The translations under genes and the position numbers were made by a program. From the NCBI GenBank assembly GCA_029259185.1, contig JAPDJF010000017.1, positions 1-39,607 of the forward strand: 39,607 bases of DNA, read 5' to 3'. Positions within the stretch are counted from its first letter, which is position 1; each line of letters opens with the position of its first letter. Under the pieces are notes generated by a model. That model saw only the letters and a list, made by a program, of their open reading frames with translations. It made no database searches and was not told the DNA's origin. Shown here piece by piece: positions 1 through 9,010 of the stretch. The stretch is from Hadesarchaea archaeon (GTDB lineage: Archaea; Hadarchaeota; Hadarchaeia; Hadarchaeales; WYZ-LMO6).

Positions 1-127
1 TTCCCCCCGAATGGCGCCGGATGCAGCCAGCGGTGGAGCGGCTCGTAGCCGCGTCGAACCCGCTGGCAGAGGCGCAAAAAATCCCGTGTCAGACTGGTGT
101 ACAGTTTGATACGGAATTTTAGGATGG

Positions 128-562
128 ATGATCGTGCCTGATGTGGGTATCCACGCGAGGGGAGAAGTAGATCTACAGAGGCTCTTAAGGAAGATGAAGA
201 GGGAGGTCAAGGGGAAGGCCGGGGGAATAACGTGTTTTGTCGGTACGGTCAGAGGATCCACCAGAGGCGGGAAGAAAGTTAGATATCTTCACTACGAGGC
301 CGCAAGGAACGAAGCCATTGGTCAGCTGAGGGAGATAGCCTCCGATGCGGAGAGGAAAAAGGGGATACTACGGGTGATGATCCACCACATCGTTGACGAT
401 CTTAAACCGGGTGAGGACACGATATATCTTCTGATAGCCTCCGAGCACAGAGCAGAGGCTTTTTCAATCCTCCCCAAGCTTATGAACCGAATAAAAAAAG
501 AGGTTTTCATCTGGAAAAAGGAGGTATACGAGAGAGGGGCAAGATGGGTTGAGGATGATTAA
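128..562 (+). CDS. moaE: Molybdopterin synthase catalytic subunit MoaE
   Basis: GGITCFVGTVRG, LHYEA, H..DDLKPGE, ASEHRAEAF and IKKEVFIWKKEV match MoaE motifs. Confidence 0.88.
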   Translation: MIVPDVGIHARGEVDLQRLLRKMKREVKGKAGGITCFVGTVRGSTRGGKKVRYLHYEAARNEAIGQLREIASDAERKKGILRVMIHHIVDDLKPGEDTIYLLIASEHRAEAFSILPKLMNRIKKEVFIWKKEVYERGARWVEDD

Positions 563-1461
563 ATCCTCTTGAACCCACTCTCCGTGCATTCGATCTTTCC
601 CTGCATGATGAGTCGCTGGAGATGTTTCTCGATCATGATTCTTTCAGAAAGCTTGAAAAGCTTCTCCGGATGGGGAAATTTTCCGTAGATGATCGCTTGG
701 TTCACTATTTCGTCTAACCCTCGTTCTTCATTTAAGAGTTCCAAAAGCCTTCTCTCACGGTCGAAGATCTTGCGGGCAAACTCATCAAGTGCTTGGGATA
801 TCTCCTTTCTCCCACGTACTACCCCTCTGTGACTGGTCACTGCCACTTCGAGTTGAAGTTCCTTAATCCTCTCTATTGATCCCAAAAACTGGTCGATATC
901 GGAGTCGATACCCCCATACCATGGTCCAAAAGGGGTAAGATCCACATCCCCTATGAACGCCATTTTCTTCGAGGGAATGTAGAAGCAACAGTGTCCCGCG
1001 GAGTGACCGGGTGTGTGGATGACCTTTACCGTAAGTGAGCCGAGCTCGAATTCGCATCCATCCTCGAACTCGAAGTCGACCCTTGAGTCTCGGAGGCCGA
1101 AGATGTCCCTGAGGAATCCCCTCATTTCCTCCTCCGCATCGGTTCCCACAGAGCCGTAGATTTCTTCTAACTTCCTTACGGATCGGAGGAGAGGAGCATC
1201 AAGTTTATGACAGCATATCTCAGCATCTTCGAAAAGAGGATTGGACACGATGTGATCTTCATGACCGTGGGATATGAGGACAAGATCGATCCTCTTCTCC
1301 CTTATCAATTCCTCGATTGAGGTGGGACCTATTCCTGTGTCTATTAGAATCCTTTTGTCCCCCTCAAGTAGCATCGAGTTGGAGAACGGGTACCGCCCTT
1401 TGTTCTCACCCTCTAGGAAGAAAATGTGGTTAGAGAGTTTGAGATACTCGACCATCACCAT
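559..1461 (-). CDS. MBL-fold metallo-hydrolase with C-terminal winged helix
   Basis: LIDTG, SHGHEDH (HxHxDH), HTPGHSAGH, GD and TSH motifs. Confidence 0.85.
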   Translation of the reverse strand: MVMVEYLKLSNHIFFLEGENKGRYPFSNSMLLEGDKRILIDTGIGPTSIEELIREKRIDLVLISHGHEDHIVSNPLFEDAEICCHKLDAPLLRSVRKLEEIYGSVGTDAEEEMRGFLRDIFGLRDSRVDFEFEDGCEFELGSLTVKVIHTPGHSAGHCCFYIPSKKMAFIGDVDLTPFGPWYGGIDSDIDQFLGSIERIKELQLEVAVTSHRGVVRGRKEISQALDEFARKIFDRERRLLELLNEERGLDEIVNQAIIYGKFPHPEKLFKLSERIMIEKHLQRLIMQGKIECTESGFKRI

Positions 1462-1537
1462 CTTCTCCTCCTTGAGATTTTAATCATTGCGGGCCACATC
1501 GGGCACTTAATCCCAAAATCCGAAGATCGTGATGCTT

Positions 1538-2611
1538 CTAACTTCTAGATTCCAGTCCGTGAAAAGGAAAAATCAGATTCTTGACTTCTTCTACGACATC
1601 TTTCACTCGCTGGGGGATTCCCTCGCAGGGACGGGGTTCGTCACAAAGGTCTTTAAATCTCTCAACAGGAACCTCATCGATTGTAGCGAACATTATCGTC
1701 CAACACCTACAGACATCTGGTGGGCTGTATCCTCCTCCTCCTAGGATGATGTACCTTCCCATGCAGAGTTCATGGGTCAGCTCATGCATTCTCATTGCCA
1801 TATGTTGGTAAGCGTTCGTTGTCAAGCCCAAGCCGACTAGGGGATCTCGGAAGTACCCATCCACTCCGAACTGATGGATCACGATTTCTGGTTTGTAAGC
1901 TTGGAGCAAAGGGGGCACGATTTCTTTAAAGGCGAAAAGGTACGCGTCGTCGGTGGTTCCCGCCGGGAGAGGGACGTTTACCGAATATCCTTTTCCTCCT
2001 TCCTCTCCAATCTCCTCCGGATATCCAGTGCCCGGGTAAATCCCCTCTCGATGAAAGGATATGGTAAGAATGGGCTCCCGGTAGAATGTTTCTTGGGTTC
2101 CATCTCCGTGGTGGCCATCCGTATCGATGATGGCTATCCGTCTGAGGTCATACTCGCGTTGGAGAAATCGAGCAGTTATCGCGACATCGTTAAAAACGCA
2201 AAATCCAGCTGCATGGTCTTGGGCGGCGTGGTGGAGTCCTCCCCCCGGATTGAAGGCATGAGCAAATTTGCGCCCCATCACGAGCTTAGCACAAGTCAGA
2301 GATCCCCCTACCCGTGCACACGAGCCTTCGTAAATCCCCTTGGTTGCCGGAGTATCCCCGTAGTCCAGATATCCCGTTCCCATTTCGCTCATACGTTTAA
2401 CGAAATCCACGTACCTCCCAGAGTGAACGAGGAGCAAGTCTTCTTCCGTTGCGGAATCGGGCTCAAAGAAGTTTGAGCACTTGTCAACGATTCCAAGTTT
2501 CTGAAGTTTCTCAAAGGTATATTTTTCCCTTTCCGGTCGAAATGGGTGGAGCGGACCGAAGTGATACTTCAGGTACTCTTCCTTGTAAACGAAAACTGTC
2601 CCCCCTGTCAT
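1538..2611 (-). CDS. Histone deacetylase family / acetoin utilization protein AcuC-like
   Basis: HPFRPER, GGGLHHA, AGFCVFND, DTDGHHGDGTQ, YPGTG, GGGGY. Confidence 0.9.
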   Translation of the reverse strand: MTGGTVFVYKEEYLKYHFGPLHPFRPEREKYTFEKLQKLGIVDKCSNFFEPDSATEEDLLLVHSGRYVDFVKRMSEMGTGYLDYGDTPATKGIYEGSCARVGGSLTCAKLVMGRKFAHAFNPGGGLHHAAQDHAAGFCVFNDVAITARFLQREYDLRRIAIIDTDGHHGDGTQETFYREPILTISFHREGIYPGTGYPEEIGEEGGKGYSVNVPLPAGTTDDAYLFAFKEIVPPLLQAYKPEIVIHQFGVDGYFRDPLVGLGLTTNAYQHMAMRMHELTHELCMGRYIILGGGGYSPPDVCRCWTIMFATIDEVPVERFKDLCDEPRPCEGIPQRVKDVVEEVKNLIFPFHGLESRS

Positions 2612-2692
2612 CTTAAAATACTTCTCGTCTCTCTTTTAATCCTAGGTGACTAAAGTCTTTAGTCCTCGAAAGCAGCATGGCGGGAGAGGGTA

Positions 2693-3880
2693 ATGGAGGC
2701 AGATTTCCATCGCATCGCGCTGGAAAACGGTTTGACGATCTTACTTGAGCGCAGAGAACTTCCACTCGTAACAACCCTTCTGGCCGTCAGGCTGGGAGCC
2801 GGGCACGAACCGGTGGAGGTGAAGGGAATAGCCCACTACCTCGAACACTGCGTTTTTCAGGGGACTAAAACTCGCTCTTCTAAGGAGCTCTCAGCAGCAG
2901 TAGAAAAACGGGGTGGAGTGCTTAACGGATTCACAGACGAAGAGATCACAGCCTTCTGGATCAAACTTTCCTCCAAGTACTTAGAGCTGAGCATAGATCT
3001 CCTTGGAGACATGCTCACCAATCCAGCATTTGAAGATCAGAAAATAGAGAAAGAAAAAAATGTGGTGCTGGAGGAGGTCAAGATGTATCATGACGATCCC
3101 CGCACGTATACCATCGGAAAGGTGAAATCTCTTCTCTATGAACCACCGTTCGGGATGGATATCGTTGGAACGGAAGAAACCGTAAAATCTATCTCCAAAT
3201 CATCCCTTCTTGAGTTCTTCGGGAGGTATAACAATCCGGTACTCTGCGTGGTGGGAAAAGCCGACCCGGAGGAGGTGGTGGAGTTCTCCAAACGTTTTCT
3301 GCATGTAAAGCCCGCACCGAAACCCGAGCTTAGGGTGAAGAAAACGAGAGGAGAAAAGGTGGAGAGGAGGGAAAAACTCAAACAGGCGCATATCGCGCTT
3401 GCTTTTTATATCCCTACCCTTCGGGAGAGGGAGAGGTACGCCCTCCAGTCGTTTAATGCGATCTTGGCTGGAGGTGCCTCTTCTAGGCTCTTTCAAGAAA
3501 TAAGGGACAAGCGGGGACTCGCATATGAGGTCTCGGTTCATCCGGAGGTAGGGTTGAGTTATGGATACGACGTCTTCTACGTGGGGACGGATCCGAAGTA
3601 CGTAAAGGAGGTGAAGGAGCTAATGCTTAAAGAGATCAAAGCCGTACGGAACCTCGACCGAGATGAGTTTGAGGAATCTAAGGAACAGCTGATCGGTCAC
3701 TACCGTCTGATGCAGGAAAATAGTTATCAGGTTGCTCTGGCTCTCTTGCGAGAAGAGTTGGCCGGATCGGCGGAGGAGTTTTACGAGTATGAGAAAAGGA
3801 TCTCCGAGCTGAAGCTCAAAGAGGTTCGGAAGCTCGGGGAGCTGAGGGGGTACTCTTGTTTTACTCTGCTTCCCAAATGA
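2693..3880 (+). CDS. M16 (pitrilysin/insulinase) family zinc peptidase
   Basis: LENGL, GIAHYLEH (inverted HxxEH), SSRLFQEIRDKRGLAY. Confidence 0.9.
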   Translation: MEADFHRIALENGLTILLERRELPLVTTLLAVRLGAGHEPVEVKGIAHYLEHCVFQGTKTRSSKELSAAVEKRGGVLNGFTDEEITAFWIKLSSKYLELSIDLLGDMLTNPAFEDQKIEKEKNVVLEEVKMYHDDPRTYTIGKVKSLLYEPPFGMDIVGTEETVKSISKSSLLEFFGRYNNPVLCVVGKADPEEVVEFSKRFLHVKPAPKPELRVKKTRGEKVERREKLKQAHIALAFYIPTLRERERYALQSFNAILAGGASSRLFQEIRDKRGLAYEVSVHPEVGLSYGYDVFYVGTDPKYVKEVKELMLKEIKAVRNLDRDEFEESKEQLIGHYRLMQENSYQVALALLREELAGSAEEFYEYEKRISELKLKEVRKLGELRGYSCFTLLPK

Positions 3881-3908
3881 AGCCCCCTCAGGAAAGAGTG
3901 GGGATCGA

Positions 3909-4448
3909 ATGTTGAAGCTTCTGGGAGTCTTTCTGTCCACTTGGGTGTTCAGTCCGGTGGGGGGAACGGCCTATGCGGTAGCTCAAGGTTTTTCCTCGAT
4001 TCAAACGGTTGCCCTCATCGCAGCGATGAATGCGATAATCGTGGTACTGTGGTTCGGAATAGTAGGATTTTTCGCTCGGAGACTCGAGCGGGTCTTGATG
4101 CGAAGAAGGACAGTGCACGTGCCAATCGTTAAGCGAAGAAAGGTGGGACACCTAACGATAGCAGAAGTGGGTTTTATAGCTTTTGTAGCGGGGTCGGTTT
4201 GGGCCGTGATAATAACGTACATGACGAACGTGAATAAGCTGGTGGCTTGGGCCGTGATAACTCCTTGTACGGTGGGGAGTGGATTGCTTTGGACATTGGG
4301 TTCGCTTGGGGTGATCCCCTTTCTTCCATCCCCTTGGTGGCTTTATCTGATGGCGGTGGGCGCTACGGCCTTGTCGGTAGGGAGTAGGGTATATCGGAAT
4401 TTCGATAAAATCCGAGAAGTTATTAGAAAGATCCGTGAGAAATCTTGA
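3909..4448 (+). CDS. Hypothetical integral membrane protein (about 4-5 TM segments)
   Basis: Multiple hydrophobic segments with basic loops; directly downstream of the peptidase; family not recognised. Confidence 0.6.
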   Translation: MLKLLGVFLSTWVFSPVGGTAYAVAQGFSSIQTVALIAAMNAIIVVLWFGIVGFFARRLERVLMRRRTVHVPIVKRRKVGHLTIAEVGFIAFVAGSVWAVIITYMTNVNKLVAWAVITPCTVGSGLLWTLGSLGVIPFLPSPWWLYLMAVGATALSVGSRVYRNFDKIREVIRKIREKS

Positions 4449-4555
4449 GTTCAATGAAGACCTTCGGCTGAATCTTACACCTGTGGTGGTCTCTCGTGAG
4501 GATAAACCCTTCGCTTCTCGCTTTCCATTTTTACCTCCACAAACAATTTTCTAAT

Positions 4556-4651
4556 GGGCCGGTGGTCCAGTCGGGACAAGACACAGGCCTCCGGTTTCCT
4601 AGGAATGGAAGGGGAGAGCCTGTAACACGGGTTCGAATCCCGTCCGGCCCG
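4556..4651 (+). tRNA. tRNA-Arg(CCG) with 22-nt canonical intron (37/38) at 4595-4616
   Basis: Acceptor GGGCCGG/CCGGCCC; anticodon stem CAGGC/GCCTG; CCG at 4591-4593; T arm ACGGG-TTCGAAT-CCCGT; BHB with CUCC/GGGG helix, GGU and AGA bulges, UUCC/GGAA inner helix; CCA not encoded; T-tract follows. Confidence 0.95.
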
Positions 4652-4780
4652 CCTTTTTGAACATCAGAAGGAGTTCGAGCTTCAACCGGGCCCCACGGAC
4701 TGCCAACAGAACTAGGGCACTGAAGGGAAGACGACGGGCGGGGGAGAGATATATACGAGTGTTCGGAGTAGCAACATGGG

Positions 4781-4924
4781 ATGGGATCTTTGAAAGAGAA
4801 ACGAAGAGGAAGAAAAAGGTGCCGATGGGGGCTGAGGGGGCGCTACACCGTGCTCTGCCCGGTGTGCTGGTTCTGCAGCGATAAAGAAAAATGCAGGGGG
4901 AGAGCCCATAGTCGAATCCTATGA
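4781..4924 (+). CDS. Putative 47-aa basic Cys-rich microprotein (not in the ORF track)
   Basis: MGSLKEKRRGRKRCRWGLRGRYTVLCPVCWFCSDKEKCRGRAHSRIL; ATATATAC box about 25 nt upstream; overlaps the start of the downstream pseudogene. Confidence 0.5.
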   Translation: MGSLKEKRRGRKRCRWGLRGRYTVLCPVCWFCSDKEKCRGRAHSRIL

Positions 4925-5150
4925 TTTCGGTAGAGCGGTCATCAAGAGGAGAACCTATACCTCCGATCAAGTTAAGAATGGCTGGCGGCGCAAGGAGGAC
5001 CGCCAAGACTTGAAGAAACCGTGAAGGCCAAACCCGAAATTCTGATTGTAGGTACCGGTTATTCGGACTCGTAGAGATCCCGAGCAAAACAGCCGATTTC
5101 ATCCGATCGAAGGGTATCGAGTCTTGGCCGAACCTACCCGAGAGGCTTAG
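4908..5150 (+). pseudogene. Degraded Mth938-like (DUF498) domain gene
   Basis: Fragments in shifting frames: IVESYDFGRAVIKRRTYTSD..WRRKE / EETVKAKPEILIVGTGYS / LVEIPSKTADFIRSKGIE / LAEPTREA*; probable start reads ATA. Confidence 0.75.
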
Positions 5151-5192
5151 GTACAGGAAGGGTTTTATATGCCAAACTGCAGTCCCTTTCAG

Positions 5193-6065
5193 ATGAGAAG
5201 GCTTAGCAGGCCATTATTGCTTGGGATTGTAGTACTTACCCTCTCTTTGATCCTAGCAATGCCTCCATCCGTGGGTGTCGGTGGAGACGCTGGGGCGCTC
5301 ATTCCAGATGAATGGTTTGGAGAGCTTAGGGTGATCAATCCCTACGGGAAGCTTACCCAGCTCGTGTTCATAAGCTACGAGTCTGAATCTGCTCAGACAT
5401 CTGGGTCAGTAGAGATAGGTGATCCAGATGGAGATGGCGCCCTAGATGCTTATGAGCTTTTGGGCCTCTGGTGGAATCTGGACAAGCATCCAGATGGGGT
5501 TCCTTACACGGTCAATCCCTTGGGAGGGCTTTGGTATGGATTATCCACAAAAGCTGTGGTAACCGAAATCAAAGCGGCTCTCGAGAACTGGGACCTAGCC
5601 GTCGATTATGAAAACTATGAGAGCTACAAGACTATCTACCGCGTGGAGCTCTATGGTGATGAGGTAGCGGTCGATTACTTAGCTAGGGCGAGCACGCGGT
5701 ACCCAGATTATAAGAACGTAATAACTTGGGATCGATTAAGACCTGGAATAGTAGCGGTGGCGTCTATATGGTACGTGAGTGAGACGGGGGAGGTGGTTGA
5801 TGCCGATATCGTGCTGAACTACTTGTACAGGTGGGGAATAGACCCTGACGATGAGGGTGGCGCGGAGCTGTCCCACGCTTTTGACATTCAAAACGTTGTG
5901 ACCCACGAGGCGGGGCACTGGACCGGGCTTGCCGATCTGTACAATGAGAAATATTCAGAGATGACGATGTATGGGTACACGGAGTATGGGGAAGTGAAGA
6001 AAATTTCCTTGGAACCGGGAGACATAGCTGGGGCCCAAAAGGTATACGAGGGTTGGAGGAAATAG
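5193..6065 (+). CDS. Secreted metzincin (matrixin-like) zinc metalloprotease
   Basis: Signal peptide MRRLSRPLLLGIVVLTLSLILA; DADIVLN; HEAGHWTGLAD; Met-turn MTMYG; start moved to ATG 5193 based on TTTTATAT box at 5163-5170. Confidence 0.85.
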   Translation: MRRLSRPLLLGIVVLTLSLILAMPPSVGVGGDAGALIPDEWFGELRVINPYGKLTQLVFISYESESAQTSGSVEIGDPDGDGALDAYELLGLWWNLDKHPDGVPYTVNPLGGLWYGLSTKAVVTEIKAALENWDLAVDYENYESYKTIYRVELYGDEVAVDYLARASTRYPDYKNVITWDRLRPGIVAVASIWYVSETGEVVDADIVLNYLYRWGIDPDDEGGAELSHAFDIQNVVTHEAGHWTGLADLYNEKYSEMTMYGYTEYGEVKKISLEPGDIAGAQKVYEGWRK

Positions 6066-6511
6066 GCCTCACTTGTATTACGAAAACCTGCTCAGTGTTA
6101 ATCGTCAAATGTTGAAATCGTCGACATTCTAAGAACTTCGTAAGTTCTTGGGGCGTGTCGGGGCTCTACCCCGTTCGCTTTGCGATCTCCGCGACGGGCC
6201 ACCCTCCGGAGTGGGCAGTTTCGCCATGCCATGTAAATGTTGACGCCTACCGTGTCCACTGGGTATTTGTAGGCCCCCCTGATTTCCTTTCGAACTCGTC
6301 TTGGAGATGAGGGAATGGAAGAGGCGATCGAGGCGATAGTAAAATTTTCATAATCGATGCGGAGAGGTACGTAAGGTCAGAACGGGAGAGACCGTAGAAT
6401 AGCTGACGATTACAAATCGTAACCGTTGAAAGATGTTCGGTAATTCATCGATGGTGTTTTTGGAGGTAGGAGTTTAATTTTATACTCGATTCTTCTAAAT
6501 TCTTAGACCGG

Positions 6512-7330
6512 GTGTCCTCAGATCGAAGGAGTGAGAGATTGTTTCAGAGAGGAACTGGAGTCGGAAAAGTAATACTCGGGCTTGGAACCTCTTTCATCTT
6601 AGGTCTGCTTGTCGGGGCGGGGGTGTTTAGCCACCTTCTTCATCTTGAGGGAGCGGGTGGAAGGATTTGGTCAGTGGAGAACGTACGTGAGACATCGGTC
6701 CCCATAGCAGCAGTACGTTCAGATGGGGCTGGAATGATTTGTCAGCTCACGGTGAGGATATTCCCGGGTGAGGGGCGGGTTTTGGTCGATACGAGTCCAC
6801 TGGTTGGATTTGATTTCCAGTATGCAAATATCACGGCTTTAAAGGTGGCATGTGACATCACAGGAATTGCACGGGATGAGGATGGGGAGGGAATAAAGGG
6901 AGCAGACGTGCTATTCATCGTATGCACACCGACTGGGGAGAGGGTGGAAGTGCAGGCGATAGATGGACCGAGTGCTGGGGCGATAACCGCGATTGCTCTC
7001 ATCGCTGCGATCGAAAACAGGAAAGTCCGGAGGGATGTGGTTCTTACGGGGACGATTCAGGAGGATGGCACGATAGGTCCGGTCGGCGGGATATTGAGCA
7101 AGGCTCAGGCTGCAGAAGAAATCGGAGCGGGCCTTTTCTTGGTTCCCCCCGGACAGAGTAAGGTGGTTACCTACAGACAGGTGACCTATCAGCCATTCCC
7201 AGGGTTTCAGTGGGTCACTTGGGAACCAGTGGTGGTGGATCTTAACGAGTATGCGGAAAATCACGGATGGGCCATCCGCATCGAGGAAGTTTCCAACATC
7301 GAAGAAGTCATGGAGAAAATATTGGAATAA
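6512..7330 (+). CDS. Membrane-anchored S16 (Lon-type) serine protease domain protein without ATPase
   Basis: N-terminal TM; IDGPSAG catalytic Ser; TGTIQEDGTIGPVGGILSKAQAA catalytic Lys. Confidence 0.88.
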   Translation: MSSDRRSERLFQRGTGVGKVILGLGTSFILGLLVGAGVFSHLLHLEGAGGRIWSVENVRETSVPIAAVRSDGAGMICQLTVRIFPGEGRVLVDTSPLVGFDFQYANITALKVACDITGIARDEDGEGIKGADVLFIVCTPTGERVEVQAIDGPSAGAITAIALIAAIENRKVRRDVVLTGTIQEDGTIGPVGGILSKAQAAEEIGAGLFLVPPGQSKVVTYRQVTYQPFPGFQWVTWEPVVVDLNEYAENHGWAIRIEEVSNIEEVMEKILE

Positions 7331-7376
7331 CCCGCCAGATTGGGCTCAAATGGGTTCCCATGTCAGAGATCCAATG

Positions 7377-7886
7377 CTATCCCTTTCTCTGCCTCCACAA
7401 GGACTTGAAGTTCCTAACAATGCTTTCAGTCAAGTCGGGTGGGAGAGGATTCCTCCCGATCCCGAATTCGTCCAAATAGTATATCTTATTCCCTTTAATC
7501 CCGAAATTCGGCATTTTTACATCGAGTACATATCCCTTTTCTGCAGCTTCTCCTATGAGCTTTATTACCCCCCTCATCTTTGAAACGGAGAAGTAGTTCA
7601 GGGGTTTGATGTATTCGTGGAAAGAGATGAGCACCGGGTACAACTTTTTCCCCCTATTCACGCTTCCTATTACCGTGCCGTAATACTCGGGGAGGAAGGG
7701 GAGCTCCTCCCTCAGTCCCCTGATGCGTGAATCGGTCTGGGCAGCCCTTCTCCGGAGTTCCTCCAGAGAGTGTTTGTTACTTTCCACTTTAAGCACGAGT
7801 CTTCCCTTTTTGAACACGTACCTGAAAAGCCCTTTGCCTATGAGTTTTGGTTTTCCCTTCACACAAGCTATCTCTAAAACACTCAA
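7377..7886 (-). CDS. Small protein kinase-like fold protein
   Basis: IGKGLFRYVF (Gly loop), VLKV, LDVKMPNFG (DxKxxN), YLDEFG. Confidence 0.6.
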   Translation of the reverse strand: MSVLEIACVKGKPKLIGKGLFRYVFKKGRLVLKVESNKHSLEELRRRAAQTDSRIRGLREELPFLPEYYGTVIGSVNRGKKLYPVLISFHEYIKPLNYFSVSKMRGVIKLIGEAAEKGYVLDVKMPNFGIKGNKIYYLDEFGIGRNPLPPDLTESIVRNFKSLWRQRKG

Positions 7887-9010
7887 TATTTCCTCTCCAA
7901 GTAATTGTGGACGAAAACGGGAAGCTCCTGAATCTCCACTTTTGAGTTAAGCCTCTCGTTCACGAGTTTCAAGTGGAGGTAACAAAAGGGACATGAGGTT
8001 ATTATCGTAGACACGCCTTTTTCTTGAGCTTCCCTGATCAGAAGTTCCCCCACCTTTTCTGAGATCTGAGGTGAAAAGAGCCTTATGGTCGGGGCCCCAC
8101 AGCATAAGGCGTTAGCTCGATTCTCCTTGAATTCTATTAGCTCCGCCCCCATATACTTCAGGATTTCTCTCGGCTCTCGATAAATTCCACATCTCCTTCC
8201 TAAATGACAAGGATCTTTAAATACGACTTTTTTCCCCTTACATTCGTCCGTGAAGTTCAACTTTCCATCCATGATCAATCTGTGAATCGTTTGGGAGATG
8301 TGTTCGACCTCAAATTTGGGTTCTCGATATATGGAGGGGTAGATTGTGGAATATACATCGTAGCAAGAAGAGCAGGAGAAGATAACAGACTTCGCTCCGG
8401 TTCTTTCTATACTTTCAATGTTTTTCTTGGCAAGCTTTGCGATTTCTTCGTTTTTTCCAAATTGGAAGAAGTTCAATCCGCAACAGTTTTCTTTTTCCCC
8501 GAGCACATCGATCCGGAGTTCGGCTTGATTGAGTACCCGGACTACATCCTTTGCGATGTCTCTGAGTCGGTACGCTACGATGCATCCGGTGAGATAGACG
8601 GTTTCCGCTCCTGGAGTCAACTCGGTGGATCCATCGATCCACTTCAACCTCTCATGAGGGGGCTCTCTCAGGACCGAGCCGAGATTGGACATGTTTTCGA
8701 ACACATGTCGTATCCGTTTTGGTGTGGCTCCAAGGGTGTCTAGGCGTGCTCTCAAGTATTTTATCAATTCGGTTACTTTCACATGGGCTGGGCACTCCAA
8801 CTCACATGCCATGCAGAGGGTGCAGGCGTACGCTGTCTCCCTCTCGGACTTGGATAATTCCTCCCCCCTCAGCAGTTTTTCCGTTGATTTTATCCTTCCC
8901 AGAGGAGAAAAGGATTCGTTCTCACTCCCTAAGTATCCCGGACATACTCTTTTGCAGTTTTCACATCGGTTGCATTTTTCGATCTCTCTCCAGATGCTCT
9001 CAGCTTCCAT
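7883..9010 (-). CDS. (Fe-S)-binding oxidoreductase, GlcF/HdrD-like with CCG domains
   Basis: Two CxxCxxCxxxCP motifs; ENCCG, CSSC, DPCHLGR, ALCCG, SCPFC. Confidence 0.88.
   Translation of the reverse strand: MEAESIWREIEKCNRCENCKRVCPGYLGSENESFSPLGRIKSTEKLLRGEELSKSERETAYACTLCMACELECPAHVKVTELIKYLRARLDTLGATPKRIRHVFENMSNLGSVLREPPHERLKWIDGSTELTPGAETVYLTGCIVAYRLRDIAKDVVRVLNQAELRIDVLGEKENCCGLNFFQFGKNEEIAKLAKKNIESIERTGAKSVIFSCSSCYDVYSTIYPSIYREPKFEVEHISQTIHRLIMDGKLNFTDECKGKKVVFKDPCHLGRRCGIYREPREILKYMGAELIEFKENRANALCCGAPTIRLFSPQISEKVGELLIREAQEKGVSTIITSCPFCYLHLKLVNERLNSKVEIQELPVFVHNYLERKY

Noticed and set aside
1-48. Possible MoaD/SAMP C-terminus (FPPNGAG...) upstream of moaE
   Set aside because: The frame continues to CSQRWSGS* and lacks the terminal Gly-Gly; not supportable without upstream sequence
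1874-2476. Long antisense or alternate-frame ORFs (e.g. 1874-2476, 8204-8743, 15795-16457, 28693-29277)
   Set aside because: Shadows of well-supported genes, with no recognisable motifs
6210-6250. Fluoride riboswitch-like TGACGCCTAC, and HDV-like GGCATGGCGAA on the minus strand
   Set aside because: The GGCGATGG 5' element of the riboswitch is missing, and no HDV P3/L3 or nested pseudoknot was found
6403-6450. Hammerhead-like CTGACGA...GAAA
   Set aside because: Five extra nt lie between the stem and GAAA, and there is no correctly placed UH cleavage site or stem I
4652-6500. Integrated island at tRNA-Arg
   Set aside because: The region looks variable, but I found no repeat of the tRNA-Arg 3' end and no integrase
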